DNA of 64,000 nucleotides, taken from Octopus sinensis. Taxonomy: Eukaryota. The notes beneath the pieces were generated by a model, which saw only the letters and a program-made list of their open reading frames with translations, searched no databases and had not been told where the DNA came from. The position numbers and the translations under genes were made by a program. Shown here piece after piece: positions 1 through 14,057 of the stretch. The stretch is taken from contig NC_043010.1 of NCBI RefSeq assembly GCF_006345805.1, positions 37,386,001 through 37,450,000 on the forward strand. The letters are read 5' to 3'. The number at the start of each line of letters is the position of its first letter. Position 1 is the first letter of the stretch.

Positions 1-528
1 TGTTGGGTCTATTTTTTGGCATGCAGGTCCCCACCCAGCAGAAGGTGCCCCACAACCTGCCTGAAACCGCCTCTGGCTCTGTAGTACAAATGTCTTGTTT
101 TCAAAAGTTCTGAATTAAAATCTTCCTCCAAACCTTCTTCACAATTTATGTTACTAACACTAGCTTAATGATAACAAAGTTACCTTACTAAGCTCCTTGT
201 TATATTTAAAATTAATTGAAAGAAATACGGAGCATCTCAACAGAAATATGATAACAAAAGGGTTAAATACACATCCATGTCTATGCCAAGTGCGATGACT
301 GATTTAGTTTGATACACTTCTGGATCTTGGTCATTTCTCACCATCCAGAACCACTCTGACATAACCTGTCTCTTCTCTCATTACATTTGCTCTGTCTCAC
401 AACTACCATCCTTTGAGACCCGGCCAGACTGCTTTAACCCAATCCATTCCTTCTTCTGGAATTAGTTTCCTTGCATTGTCAGTGTCACCAGTCTCTTCTC
501 TTGGGAGGTGGGGGCCTACTGACTAGAT

Positions 529-865
529 CAGGGCTTTTCAACCAGGGTCCTTATGGACCCTGGGGCTTCATATAAGATTTTGTGGGGTCCACAGAAGCAA
601 TATAGTAAATTGGGGGTCCGTGGTAATCTTTTAACGGTGATGGAAAAACTATGCTTCGGACCAGTAAAGTTTATGTACAATAAAATGGTTATACATCTAC
701 AATATACAGAATATTTTAACAATTAATTTTATACAATTCCTAATGTTATTTAATTATAAACATATAATAAGACTGTTTTAAACATTGAATGGTTATGGAG
801 GTCCACCTGTGTGAAATAGGAATCAAAGGGCCCATATGTAAAAAAAAAATGGTTGAGAATCCCTG
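529..865. mobile_element. hAT-type MITE
   Basis: Terminal inverted repeats CAGGGCTTTTCAACCA / TGGTTGAGAATCCCTG; no coding capacity. Confidence 0.65.
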
Positions 866-1409
866 GACCAGGCCATTAAAAAAAAATAAATATACGTTAG
901 GATTTCAAACATTGACAAGGTGGACACAAATTTGTTGAGAAGGAAGGAGAGGGAACAATTGTCAACAGCATTCCCCCACTCTCGACCCAGGTTTATGACT
1001 GGTATTAATTTTACTGACTGCAAATGGATGGAAAAGGCAAAGTCAATCTCAATTGAATTTGAACCCAAAGTGGAGAAGGAGGCATGTAAGCTCATGCTGC
1101 ACCATTTGTGCAGAGCCATTGTTCTGATTCCACCCTCTCTGGCTATAAATACAAACTGCCATCTTTGTGTCCTTCTTTTTTAAAGATGTTATGGTGTAAT
1201 TTCAAGGAGTTTTTGCTGTCCTTTTTAGCAGAGTGATCACTCTGTAGTGACACTCTTGTCTCATTTTCTATCTCGTTGCTATCACTTCCATCCTTTTTAA
1301 ATATGTTGTGGTATGTGGAAGGTTTTGCTGCTGTTTTTAGCAGAGTGAGCCCTGCATAGTAAAACTGTTGTTTCATTTTCTCTCTTGCTGTTGTTGCTTC
1401 CATCCTTTT

Positions 1410-1626
1410 TAACATTTTCGTTACCATATTTCTGCTGAAATACTCTGCCTTTGTTTCAATTCATTTTGAAAATAATGAAAGATTTAGTAAAATAACATTG
1501 TCGATATTATTCTGGTGTTTGGAACGTAAATTAACTTGGAATTTTGATGGAAGGTTTTAATTCAAATCATTTTAGAACCGGAAGTTTGTATCATAGAACC
1601 ACATGGTGGTATCAAAAGGGGTTAAA
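1410..1626. mobile_element. TTAA-flanked (piggyBac-like) MITE; related copies at about 30-268 and 3860-4095
   Basis: Begins TTAACATTTTCGTTACC and ends AAAGGGGTTAA; internal sequence is shared with the copies at 41826-42215 and 43037-43266. Confidence 0.6.
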
Positions 1627-2788
1627 GATGTGACTGAAGAGGAATTGACTGCTATTTGTTGTTGATTTATGTTGGCACTCCTTTTCTGGCTTCTTAAATT
1701 ATAGGTTTCTTCCACTAGCAAGATGAAGGGATCAATTTGTAGAACAGGGTTCCCATGCCAATATCGGGTACTTGATCTTATTACCCTTCTCCGTTCTCAC
1801 TCCACCATGGGGCTAGAAAGTAATGTCAACCCCACTGTAGGATTTGAACTCCAAATGGAAAGGGTAAAAACTCAGTACTCAGAGATGCTTTATTAATAAC
1901 TGTCACTGTATGGTTTCTACCACTCCAAGCACAAACGCTGAACCATTTGACCATTTCTCCCCAACCCCAGATGCAATATTCAAAAACAAAAATTATTGAA
2001 TTGAAATATTTATAAAGAAATTTAATTTACTTTATTCCATTTTTTTATTTATCTACTTTTTCATAATTTCATGGCTTTTTTTTTTTTTTTTTTCAATTTA
2101 TTTTCTGCCTCTGAGGGTATCAGCTAAATCCTTTGTTTTTCAATGATGGTGAGTGTTTCTGTGGAAATACAACATCCCACAACCCAAACCACCACCACCC
2201 ACCTCTCGTCCTCTCCAGAAACAAGAACCATCTTAATCAATACTTCTTTCTTGACACTGTTGTCTAGTTTGTGTGTTAGGGAGTATTGAATTTTCATACA
2301 CTTCGCAAACAATAGGGTTTCTTTGTTTGTGCAGAAGAAGTCACACTGCCCGGAGCATGTGTAAGAAATATGATGCACCACGGTTGTTGTTATTGATGTT
2401 GTTATATTTGCCATAGTTGTTGTTGCTGTTGTTGTTCTTGTTTAGCCCCAGGTCAGCTCTCTTTGCATAGATCTAAGTTCAAAAGCTTTCGTGCCATGAC
2501 TATCAATCATGTCATTTCTCCATAATTATGCAATGTTTCGTTGTTTTATGATAGAAGGATAGCGGTCTAACAGCAGTTTTAGCTGCTGTTTTTAACAGGT
2601 TGAGCAACCATATACAGACTTCATCAATGCCATGTACTACAATGTCCCTGGGTAGACGTTATAGTATATGACAAGGAAGCACCGTTGTGAAAGTAAATGC
2701 TTGAGACGAGTTGTTGTTGTTAAGATTATAAATTTTTGGACTAATATTTTCGTGCTTATAGTCTATATTGTTACAATATTCATGTCTA

Positions 2789-2859
<71 letters not shown>

Positions 2860-4874
2860 ATATACTTTATCCTTTATATACTGTATCCTTTAACTAGTTT
2901 TGATCATATTGTTATTTCTGTTATATTTCTTCTGCTTTTAAATAAAGCATTTTACTCTACCTGGTTGGTACAAAAAGGGTGAATATAATTGTCATCTTTA
3001 TGATTGTGAGATGTTTGTTCATTGAATGTGGATGATATTTTGTGAAGGCTGGAGGGAAATGTGTTCAGTATGACCATGGAGATTGACTTACTCAATATAC
3101 TTACCATTTTTCAGGTGATAGTGTGTAGTTTGAAGGAAATATTACTGCTGTGCTTTGAACATCATGGGGCAGCATAGAAACTTCCTCATCAGCTTAAGAC
3201 TTACATGAAAGTGTGTAGTTTCATCCTGAGATAGCCACAGATTTGGTACATTTGGAACAACAGAGATTGTAGACTACACTGGATTGCAGATCCAGCTATG
3301 TATGTACCATAGGTCTGCCTTATCAGCTCTAATCTGAGGCTAAACAGCAGCATCAATGATAAAAGATTGAGATTAATGATTAAATACCATTCTGAGAATC
3401 TTTATAACTGATGCCAGCATGAGAAGACAAGCACCAAAGTGGTGGTGGAGGCATCAGCATAGATGACGACAATGACTCCTCCTTTGTTAGTCAAAGACAT
3501 ACTGGACTACCTTCTCAATGATCTCTAGTTATATATATATATCCTGTTCTTGGAATCATTCCAAACACTCTCCTATTCTACTCTCCTATATTCATTCTCC
3601 TATTCTACTCTTCGATATTCAACACTGCTCTCTGGTCATTGTTCTGTATTTCTATTCAGTACTTCTATGCTTTTAAGAAAAAAAGGTATTATGAAAAAGA
3701 AAGAGAAGAAACCATAAATAATGGGATGCCACTGTATTGAGCATTACGTTAGGATATCCTGTTTTTCCTTAGAATAAAGACAACCAAAATGTTTACAGTA
3801 AAGAACCGAAGTGGTTGTTGTGAATTGTAAAGGATTTAGTTTCACTGTTCAATTAACAGCTGTTTATTTCACTATTTTCTTGCTTTATTCTTGTTGAACT
3901 CCCTTCGGTATAATTCATTTTTGTATAAGAAAAGCAAAGAATTTAGTCAAATAATTTTGGCGTTGTTAAAGTAGTGTTTGGAAAAAAATTTTAAATAAAA
4001 TTTTGCTGGAAGGTTTAAATTTAGATCACTTCGAGACAGAAAGTTTGTATGATAAAACCAGGGGTGGTCACAGGCAATTTGGTCACAAAAGTGTTAAGTG
4101 CAATTTACCGAATGCTGTATGCCAAAAAATGGTCCCAAAAAGCAGTCTGCGTTTTACAAACATGAGGTGAGGATTTTAGTAACTGGCAGATAGAGTTTCA
4201 AGTATTGTGGTGTGCTGTAAAATGAACTTCAGGCAATTTCTTTTCTTCTTTTTCTTTAAACTTGCTTCCCAGAGTTATTAGTATTTTCTGAGGTACCAAT
4301 GTATATCAGTGACACTTAAGTGCAGATAAAATCTTACCAGCCAGGAGGAAAATTAAGTAACAATGTGTAACTGTACATGTAAGCAAGCTTAGGGTCAGTT
4401 GTATTACTGAACTTGTGATGTCCTGAATCAAATTTGGGCATTTTTTGCCATAAATATATTATGTATTTAGCATGCTTTATAATGTGGTTTATGTAGGTTA
4501 AAAGCCTGTTTTATTTGGTGGTATTTACACAAGATATAAATAACCTTATATTCCAGGTGATAGCTTTTATCAAAGGATAAAGAATATCACCCGAAATATC
4601 CCCTTCTGTTTCTTCTTGTAACATAAAAAGCTTCATCACACACTTCTTTGTTTTGTAGTTTTTTTCACTTTATATTTCTATGCTTTTCAGATGCTGGCTT
4701 TCACTTGCCTGACTCTGTGTAGTATTTTTTTGTTTGTTTGTTTCCTCTTTGTCTCAAATTGTGTGGGGTGGTGGTGGGGGTGTATTATCATGATTTTAAT
4801 GTTGAGTTTTTTTATGTTTGCATGAGTTAGGAAAAATTCATTCAGATAGCTTTTCTACAACCAGATGCTCTTAT

Positions 4875-5700
4875 ATAATAATAATAATTGTGCACAGTGC
4901 TCAGGTGCACTACAACTCATCTAAAGTGTATATATAATCAGGTGTAGTTTCGGCGGATTTCGGAAAGCATGAGGGCCTTAAAGGATGTAGTGTCATGGCA
5001 GTCAACAACTGATGCAGGCAGTTTATTCCATGCTTCAGCAACTCTGAGCGTGAAAAAATGTTTTCGAAAGTCATGGGAGCTGTGTTGTTTTCTGACTTTG
5101 TAGGCATGTCCACGTGTGTTAGACACATGGAGATCAAAAAGGTGTTCAGTGTTGTTGTTGGTGAGGTGGTTGATAACTTTGTGGGTGTTTACCAAGTCCA
5201 TCGCCAGACGCCGGAGCTTCAGTGAATCCATGCCCAGGGAAACAAGGTGCTCAGAATATGGTAGGTGTCTGATGGAGGGTATGCGTTTGGTTGCACGTCT
5301 CTGGACAGATTCCAGGAGGTCAATGTTCTGAGCAAGATAGGGGTTCCAAACTGATGATGCGAATTCCAAGTGTGGTCGTACCATAGCTGTATACAGTTTT
5401 AAATAGATGGCTGGAGAGTGGCTAACAAAAGTCTTGCTGAGTGATGCCAAGACACCCTCGGCCTTCTTGACAATTTTAGAGATATGCTTTGTCCAACGCA
5501 AATCACTGCTGACAGTGATGCCTAGGTCACGCTCGCAAGAGGATTTCTTGATATCAGTGTTGTGGAGGGAGTATGTGGACGCAGGGTTTTTTCTCCCAAA
5601 ATGCATGGTGGTACACTTGTCCACAGCCAGTTTCAGTTGCCAGTCTGTGATCCATTCCTGTTTCCTACCCTCAATCATTTCCAAGCAAGGTACTATTTCC
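4875..5700 (-). mobile_element. CR1/L2-clade LINE, 5'-truncated ORF2 C-terminus
   Basis: ORF 4938-5759(-) contains WQLKLAVDKCTTMHFG, ERDLGITV, LYTAMVRPHLEFASSVWNP, LESVQRRATKRIP, NTRGHAYK and RVAEAWNKLP, typical of the CR1 RT C-terminus. Followed by a short 3' UTR and an (ATT)n tail. Confidence 0.92.
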
Positions 5701-6361
5701 CCAAGACCGGATATATTTTCTTGAAAAATTGGAAATGGAAAGTGACATTCACTTAACAACCATCATACAGTGTTATCATAAGAGTGCGGACACATGCACA
5801 CACACACATAGAGTATGTCTACTACCAAATCCACTCAGGGATATGGAGGGAAGACACTTGCCCAAGGTGCCACAAAGTAGAACTGATCCTCAAACCACAT
5901 TGTTTGGAAGCAAACTTGTTATATATTCATTCATGCCTGTATGAATGCATGTACACATATGAGTATATGTTCAAAAAATGTGTGTATATGTATGTATGCA
6001 CGCATGCATCTATGTACATGTATGTATTTTTTCCCTCTCTCTCTCTTTCGGAGAGGCACTGAGCAGTTATACGCACACATACACACACGGCAGTAACTTC
6101 CACCTACCGAATTCAATCACAAAGCTCCGGTCGGCTCGGGGCTATAGTGGAAGACACCTACCCAAAGCGCCACGCAGTGGGACTGAACCCGAAACCATGT
6201 AGCTAGGAAGCAAGCTCCCTGACCACACAGCCATGCCCGTATACGTATATTCATATGTATGTGACCCATGCTAGCATAGAATAGTGGACATTGAGACCAT
6301 GATGATATATGTATGTGTGTGTATATATAAATATATGTATGTACAAGTGTAAATATGTATA

Positions 6362-6411
<50 letters not shown>

Positions 6412-7159
6412 AATTTTATGTGTATATATGTGTATATGCATGTGTCTATGTGTATGTTTATACATAGAGATAGGAAGGAAGGAAGGAAGAGAAGAAAGGT
6501 GTGATTTTGTATTAGATGTATATATCATTGTATATGGGTGGTGTGTGCATGTGCATGCGTGATATTGGTATGTGAGGAGATATGGAAGGAAGTGCAGCAG
6601 CAAGGTATTATCTTGGTTTCTTGTCTCGTTGAAGTTTTCTCTTATTGATCTGTGTGATTTGTCTGAACAACTAACTAACTATGGAAGGTAATGCAAAATA
6701 TTGATAATTGACTTCTATCGCCTTGGGAACAATATCTTATCGTATCGTCAATCCAATCTTTACAAATCGTTTGCATCAGGAAGAAGAATTAGAACCCAGT
6801 TTTGCCTATTATTTTTCCTTTGTCTTTTGTTTTTGTTGTTGTTGTCTCAGTTATTGGGAAGTCTTTTTTTTTGTATGTGTGTTATGTTTGTTTCTTTGTG
6901 GGGTGGGGGGTCTTTATCTTCCAAACACTTTTCAACCCAACACCTTCTGCTTTTTTTTTCTTAATTAGGAAGGAAGTTGTAGAATTTTTGAGAGAATCTG
7001 CAGAATTTGCAGAGATTTGGAGAAATCTGCTTTGCTTTCTGTTTTTTGGGGGGGTGAGGGAGGTACTTCTTGCCTAAACATTTGGTTTATTTACACTGGT
7101 GACACCTTTCACTTGCAATGTCTATTTCATAAATACAAGGAAGATGAAAAGAAACCAAA

Positions 7160-7188
7160 TTATTATTATTATCATTATTATCATCATC

Positions 7189-7228
<40 letters not shown>

Positions 7229-7287
7229 TATTGTTATTATTATCGTTATTATTATTGCTATTAGTATTATTGTTATTATTATTATCG

Positions 7288-7330
<43 letters not shown>
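7160..7330. repeat. (ATT)n microsatellite; similar tracts at 10550-10730 and 59445-59465
   Basis: Direct reading of the sequence. Confidence 0.95.
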
Positions 7331-7978
7331 AGCGATGAACTAGCACACCAAGCAAAATGCTTGGCAGTATTTCGCCTGTTGCTACATTCTGAGTTCAAAT
7401 TCTGCCAAGGTTGACTTTGCCTTTCAGTAGTAATAGTAGTAGTAGTAGCAGCATAGTAGTAGTAGCAGCAGTAGTAGTAGTAGTAGCAGCAGCAGCTGTG
7501 TTGTTGTTGTTGTTGCCGCCGCCGCCGCTGCTGCTGCTGCTGTTGTTGTTGTTGTTGTTAGGCATTGAAGCAACAGTATCATTAGCACACCAGACGAAAT
7601 GCTTTGCGGAATTTCTTATGGCCCAAGTTCAAATTCCACCAAGGTTGATTTTGCCTTTCATCCTTTTGGGATCGATAAAATAAGTACAAGTTGAACACTG
7701 GGGTCAATACAATTGGCTATCCATCCCCACCAAAATTTCAGGCCTTGTGCCAAGAGTATTCTTTTACTTGTTTTAGTCATTTGACTGTGGCCATGCTGGA
7801 ACAGCACCTTTAGTCAAACAAATCGACCTCAAGACATATTCTTTGTTAGCCTAGCACTTATTATTCTATCAGTCTCTTTTGCCGAACTGTTAAGTTATGG
7901 GGCTGTAAACACACCAAGATTGGTTGTCAAGCGACAGTGGGAGAACAAAGACAGACACACGCACAAACACATACATAC

Positions 7979-8009
<31 letters not shown>

Positions 8010-8133
8010 CACACAACAGGCTTCTTTCAGTTTCCATCTAAGTACACCACCAGCTGTTTTCCACAAACTGTACAGGTTATATATATGTGTGTGTGTGTGT
8101 GTATATGTGTGTGTGTATATATATATATATATA

Positions 8134-8505
8134 GGCACAGGCATGGCTGTGTGGTAAGAAGCTTGTTTTCCAGTCACATGGTTATGGGTTCCGACCCAGT
8201 GTGTGACACCTTGGACATGTGTCATTCTACTATAGCCTCAGGTCAACCAAAGCCTTGTGAGTGGATTTGGAAGACGGAAACGGAAAGAAGCCTGTCGTGT
8301 GTGTGTGTGTGTCTTTGTGTCTGTGTTTGTCCCCCACCCATCACCACTTGACAACCAGTGTTGGTGTGTTTACATCCCCATAACTTAGCAGTTTCAGCCA
8401 AAGAGACCAATAGAATAAGTTCTGCAGGTCAAATTGTTTGACTAAAAGCCCTTCAAGGTGATGCTCCAACATGGCTGCAGTCAAATGACTGAAACAAGAA
8501 AAGAA
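8134..8505 (+). mobile_element. tRNA-derived SINE (most abundant family in the window), full length
   Basis: A box GGCTGTGTGGTAAGAAG, B box GGGTTCC(G)A, internal (TG)n, tail ...GGCTGCAGTCAAATGACTGAAACAAG. Dozens of partial copies occur across the window. Confidence 0.88.
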
Positions 8506-9689
8506 AAAAATAATATATATGATGGCTTAGCCAGCTGAAACTTCAAAGTCACTATCATTAATGTTCTTATTAAAGAATAATAATTTTGTACTCTACCAAA
8601 TGTATTGAGTAATCTTTCAATTTAATATCAAACTGTTTTTATGAGAATATAAAAACAAACATGAATATATATATATATATACACACATGGATGGTTAGAT
8701 AAATAGATAATGGATAGATAGATATAGAGGGATAGGTAGATAGATAGATAGACATATAGATAGATATAGATAGATATAGAAGGATAGGTAGATAGATATA
8801 GATAGATAGATAGATAGATATAGAAGGATAGGTAGGTAGATAGATAGATAGATATGGATGGATAGATAGATAGATTAGAAGAAAAAATATGCAGATAGGC
8901 ATATAAAGAAAGCAACGTAGATACACTACTAGGAATACAGGTAGATATGCTAACAGACATTTTGTTTGTTTACGTTTTTTTTTCTTTTCTTAGCGGGGAG
9001 GGGGGGGGTCTGTTCTGTTATTTAGGCCCAGATCATCTCTGATCAGGCAGATCCATGAATAAAAATTTATTTAAGACTACATTATCCACTGTGTCCTTTC
9101 CTTCATCAGAATAGCCGACTGTGATATTAGCTGTTGTTTTTAGCAAGTCAAGCGACCACCTAAAGCAGAAGATAAGGAACTTCTCGCCCACATTGAAATC
9201 AGAAACTGACACTAACTCGTTAAAATCCTGTGGGATAAAAACAGCTTAAACCATAAGACCCGTACCTATATAAAATTAACATTTCGTTATTTCCCTCACC
9301 ACCAACGAACCCCTGTAAATTCTTTTGTGATGTACCCTGATACTAAAAGGGTTTTTCTATCTGTTACATAAATGGTTCCTTTGTGTTTGTAGACAGGGCA
9401 GAGTTGATGTGCGAATTATATTGCGAGATTACTGCAGTGCCATGGTTCAAGGGAGATAACTCGGATTTCAAAATATTAGGATTCTTTTTTTGTCTGCAAG
9501 TTTCTTCGTAATTTTTTTTTTAGTTTCTTTTTCTATTTGTATTATGGTTTCCTGAATTACAATGAATAGGCATTTGAGATTTTGGGGGTTTTTTCCCCCC
9601 CAAACAGCAGAAGAGTTTAGAGAGGATGCGAAGCAGTGACAGATGTAAAAGACTAATGCAAACTATATACTCTCTCTCTCTCTCTCTCT

Positions 9690-10093
9690 TTACTCTTTTA
9701 CTTGTTTCAGTCAGTTGACTGCGGCCATGCTGGAGCACCGCTTTTAGTCGAGCAACTCGACCCCGGGACTTATTCTTTGTAAGCCCAGTACTTATTCTAT
9801 CGGTTTCTTTTGCCGAACCGTTAATTGACGGAGGACATAAACACACCAGCATCGGTTGTCAAGCAATGCTAGGGGGACAAACACAGACACACAAACATAC
9901 ACGCACATATATATATATATATATATATACGACGGGCTTCTTTCAGTTTCCGTCTACCAAGTCCACTCACAAGGCATTGGTCGGCCCAAGGCTATAGTAG
10001 AAGACACTTGCCCAAGGTGCCACGCAGTGGGACTGAACCCGGAACCATGTGGTTGGTAAGCAAGCTACTTACCACACAGCCACTCCTGCGCCT
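9690..10093 (-). mobile_element. Full-length, well-preserved copy of the same tRNA-SINE
   Basis: Reverse complement of the family; CpGs are retained; tail (AGAGTAAA)/(GA)n. Confidence 0.9.
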
Positions 10094-10622
10094 ATGTAGA
10101 GCTATTTCCTCAGCACCACAAGAGTTTGTTCTAAACAATAATAGGAAAATGTCATAATGATTGCTAACATACGCACAAAGCCACAACAGAATCGGCGTAG
10201 GGTATAACAGATTATATCGGCTCCAGTAGGATGAAAATCAACGTTGGCTCTGCTGGGAATTGAACTCACAACATAAAGTTTTTATTATGTAATGTAATGC
10301 TATTACTGTTACCACATATATATGTTATTTATTGCAATGCCCTCCAGGGACTCGAACACATATTTGTGTACATACTATGGTACATCATCACATATTTTCC
10401 ATTCTTCTCTTCATTCTTTCACTTTCCCTTCATAAACCCCACCCTCACCAAATTCCAACCAGTTCAGACCCTTTCCCTTACAATTTTTTGATAGTTGTTC
10501 CTGTAGTATCACTTTCATACATCGTTTTTGTGGCAATAATTAAGAAATTATTGTTATTATTATTATTATTATTATTAATATTATTATTATTTATATCTTT
10601 ATTATTATTATTATTATTTATA

Positions 10623-10669
<47 letters not shown>

Positions 10670-11121
10670 TATATCATTATTATTATTATTGTTATTATTA
10701 TCATTGTTGTTTTATTATTGTTGTTGTTGTGCAGCATATATAAGGAACTTCATATGTGCGCACGTGTTTCTATGTATATTTGTTTATGTGTGCATATAAG
10801 CCTTTCTATATACATATAAATCTGTATGTAGGTGTGTGAGCATGTATCTTCTATCATACACACATGCACACACACACACTATGCACCCTAAATTGATAAT
10901 GATGATGATATACATGACTGGAGATATGTAGCTATTGATATGTTTGCGTGTGTAGATGTACATACATACATACAAATGTTTATGTGTATATGTATATATA
11001 TATATATTTGTGTGTGTGCATCTGTTTGTTTGTGTGTGTATGTGTAAACTGTGTTTCTGAATTTCTGTTTGCATCATTACATATATGTAAATAATTACTC
11101 TGTATCTATCTATCTATCTCT

Positions 11122-11163
<42 letters not shown>

Positions 11164-11756
11164 ATATGCCTCTATATTTTTGTGTACATGTGCATTACAG
11201 AAATAAACAATGTATAATAAAAATAAAACAGACGAGATTTTTTTTGAAATTTAATTTCCCTTGTTGTTTTATTGTTTCATTGAAGATCAATGGGAAAACT
11301 TTTATTATTTTATATAGATACTCTTCTCATCACTCTCTCTCTCCCCCTTTCTCGTATATACTGAGTTGCTTCATATTTTATCAAACACCATTTACTGAAT
11401 AGCTAAATCCTTGATGTAAAGGGACACAACTCAATACCACACTATATATATATATTGAGGTACAAGTTTAAATTGATATACCTATGCGCTCATGCAAACA
11501 CATACATGTACACACATAGACACATCACCATGATCATAATTGCATTCACATCTGCTTTTCCCTGCTAGTAGGAATTAGACACAGCTTTTTGAAGTAGTGT
11601 TTTACAGTCAGATGGCTGCCCTTTTTGGCACAAACCCTTTTAAGGAATTTCTTACAACATTCAGGGATACGATCTTTATATTCTCCAACTAAAACTAATA
11701 CATACTAAGAGAAAAATGAGTTCTTGTAGCCACATAAAGAGAGTGATTGCAAGTTT

Positions 11757-11787
<31 letters not shown>

Positions 11788-11849
11788 TGGATGGATATGT
11801 TGGGCAGGATGATCAGATGTGAGAATGTAGCACTCAACACTCTTGGCCT

Positions 11850-12066
11850 TGTAAGTATTTAACAGGAGGTCGATTCAGTTCCACATTACTAAGCATGGAT
11901 AGCTGACCTTGATGTTATGGAAATTAAAGAATCTATATTTATGAGTTCTTGGGAAATGATGTCTAATTAGCATGTGGAAGCTTTTAACTATATTAGCGAT
12001 AGAAATGCAGGATTGAACTAAATTTTTCTCATTCTCCTTGGGAATGGGATTGAATGGTAAACCTCC

Positions 12067-12103
<37 letters not shown>

Positions 12104-12600
12104 ATATGCTAACTTGTTAGTAAAGTCACTCCTCACTTATGTCTCATTATAATGGGGTGAAGCCATGTTGAAGGTATATGTCTCATAACAGGTTGAATAA
12201 TTTTCTGCAGGTACCTGTGACCAGGTTTCTAATTACAATTGGTTGGTAGTTGGAGTTTCTATGAATAGATACAGTTTTGACATCGGACTTTCTGTAGGGG
12301 TAGCATTGGCCTATCTCATGGTCTAAGGTTGTATCAAGATATAAACCAAATTCTTTGAAGTGGTTTATAAGATCCTACTTGAACTTATCTGTGCTATGGT
12401 CAGTCATATGGCTTAAGATTATTACCTGGTTATCATCCATGTACAGGACCAAACTGTAAATTCTTCTTAGACTCACCTGCTTGTTATTGATAAGGAGATA
12501 TTTGGCTTTGGTGTTTTTGAAGTATATTATTAAAGTCTATGATTGGGTGTGATGCATTTTCTGTTTTATGGAACCCTTTTGTGGACACAATCACAGATTG
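11850..12600 (-). mobile_element. Degenerate Penelope-like element (RT C-terminus and linker), interrupted by (TA)n
   Basis: Frameshifted minus-strand translation gives LYMDD, FKEFGLYLD, YPYRKSDVKTVSIHRNSNYQPIVIRNL and RKI*FNP...LIRHHFPRTHKY...NIKVSYPC, resembling Penelope motifs YRKP..LYIH..SNHP and RKIIWFNPP...KHFP...KVSYSC. Confidence 0.75.
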
Positions 12601-13022
12601 CAACGAAACAGATACATTATGTCGATATACATCAAAGAATTTTAAAAATGCATAAATTTGCATGGTAATAGTGAATGCCCCACATAACTATAAGATGTCG
12701 GTCGTAAAATCACCCCTTAGAAAAGTATTTACAAAGTGTGTTCAAAAAGTACTAGGCTTCCCCCACCCCCCCAACAAAACTAGTACTGTGTTGGCAAATC
12801 CTTTGGGTGAGTGGTGACGCCACCCATCCTGTGCATGCATAAAAATTTTCTCGAGGACAATCATCATTGGTGATGAAATATGGGTTTATTGTTTTTGCTC
12901 AAAGCGTTTGGTTATCTTGCATGAAAACGAAAATCCGACGAGGATGCACTACATGTCTGATTTCTTGGCACAACAGCCAGGAACTGACTCAACCACCTAG
13001 CATGAAAATTTTTATGCATGTG

Positions 13023-13650
13023 CAAGAAGGGTGGCGCCACCTCCCACCCAAAGGATTTTGCCCATGCAGCATTAGTTTTTGTGGGTAAAATACAGTAATC
13101 CCTCGACTATCATCGGTGTTACAGTCCACCACCCACCCCTGACACGTGAAAATACGCAAAGTAGAAACAGTACTGTACTCAAGAAGGGTGGCGCCACCTC
13201 CCACCCAAAGGATTTTGCCCATGCAGCATTAGTTTTTGTGGGTAAAATACAGTAATCCCTCGACTATCATCGGTGTTACAGTCCACCACCCACCCCTGAC
13301 ACGTGAAAATACGCAAAGTAGAAACAGTACTGTACTCAAGAAGGGTGGCGCCACCTCCCACCCAAAGGATTTTGCCCATGCAGCATTAGTTTTTGTGGGT
13401 AAAATACAGTAATCCCTCGACTATCATCGGTGTTACAGTCCACCACCCACCCCTGACACGTGAAAATACGCAAAGTAGAAACAGTACTGTACTCAAGAAG
13501 GGTGGCGCCACCTCCCACCCAAAGGATTTTGCCCATGCAGCATTAGTTTTTGTGGGTAAAATACAGTAATCCCTCGACTATCATCGGTGTTACAGTCCAC
13601 CACCCACCCCTGACACGTGAAAATACGCAAAGTAGAAACAGTACTGTACT
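13023..13650. repeat. Four apparently identical 157-bp tandem units
   Basis: Units start at 13023, 13180, 13337 and 13494; the ORF track repeats the same peptide at 157-bp intervals. Confidence 0.95.
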
Positions 13651-14057
13651 GTATATTTCTTTTTTATATATTTTTATAATTTGTATCACTTCAACATTTA
13701 AGTTTAATTTGTCAAAATATTTTCGTCGCTTTAAGACTGCGACCTGTTCACTGACAAAAATCCGTGGGTGAAAATATTTTGACAAATTAAACTTAAATGT
13801 TGAAGTGAATCAAACGGCTTTTGTGTGTTTCTTAAATGGCTTAGAAACACCTTCCACACTGCAATTGTTTTCGTTTCAGCGCACGATCTCAGATCAAATC
13901 ACTTGCTATGCAAGTACATCTCCGTAAATATAATTTGTATATATTTATTTTATTATAAATGCAAAGCAACACCACGGAGGAATCAATGTAAGCCTAAATA
14001 ATAAACCATGATTGTTGAACCGTGATAGGTGAACCACAGTATGGCAAGGGATTGCTG
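13564..14057. mobile_element. Tigger/pogo-like MITE
   Basis: TA-flanked TIRs CAGTAATCCCTCG / CAAGGGATTGCTG. The left end is reiterated in each 157-bp unit (first at 13093). Confidence 0.65.

Noticed and set aside
2110-2361. Possible micro-exons (YQLNPLFFND / EEVTLPGAC) with GT-AG signals
   Set aside because: Frame compatibility has a one-in-three chance probability, the peptide is not recognised, and minus-strand alternatives are equally plausible.
6600-6790. CpG-containing stretch with ATGGAAG/GTAATG or a minus-strand acceptor
   Set aside because: No recognisable product in any frame and no match to the MAEA N-terminus.
13023-13650. 157-bp array as a CRISPR array or a repeated peptide gene
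   Set aside because: Units are fully identical with no variable spacers, and they derive from a transposon junction.
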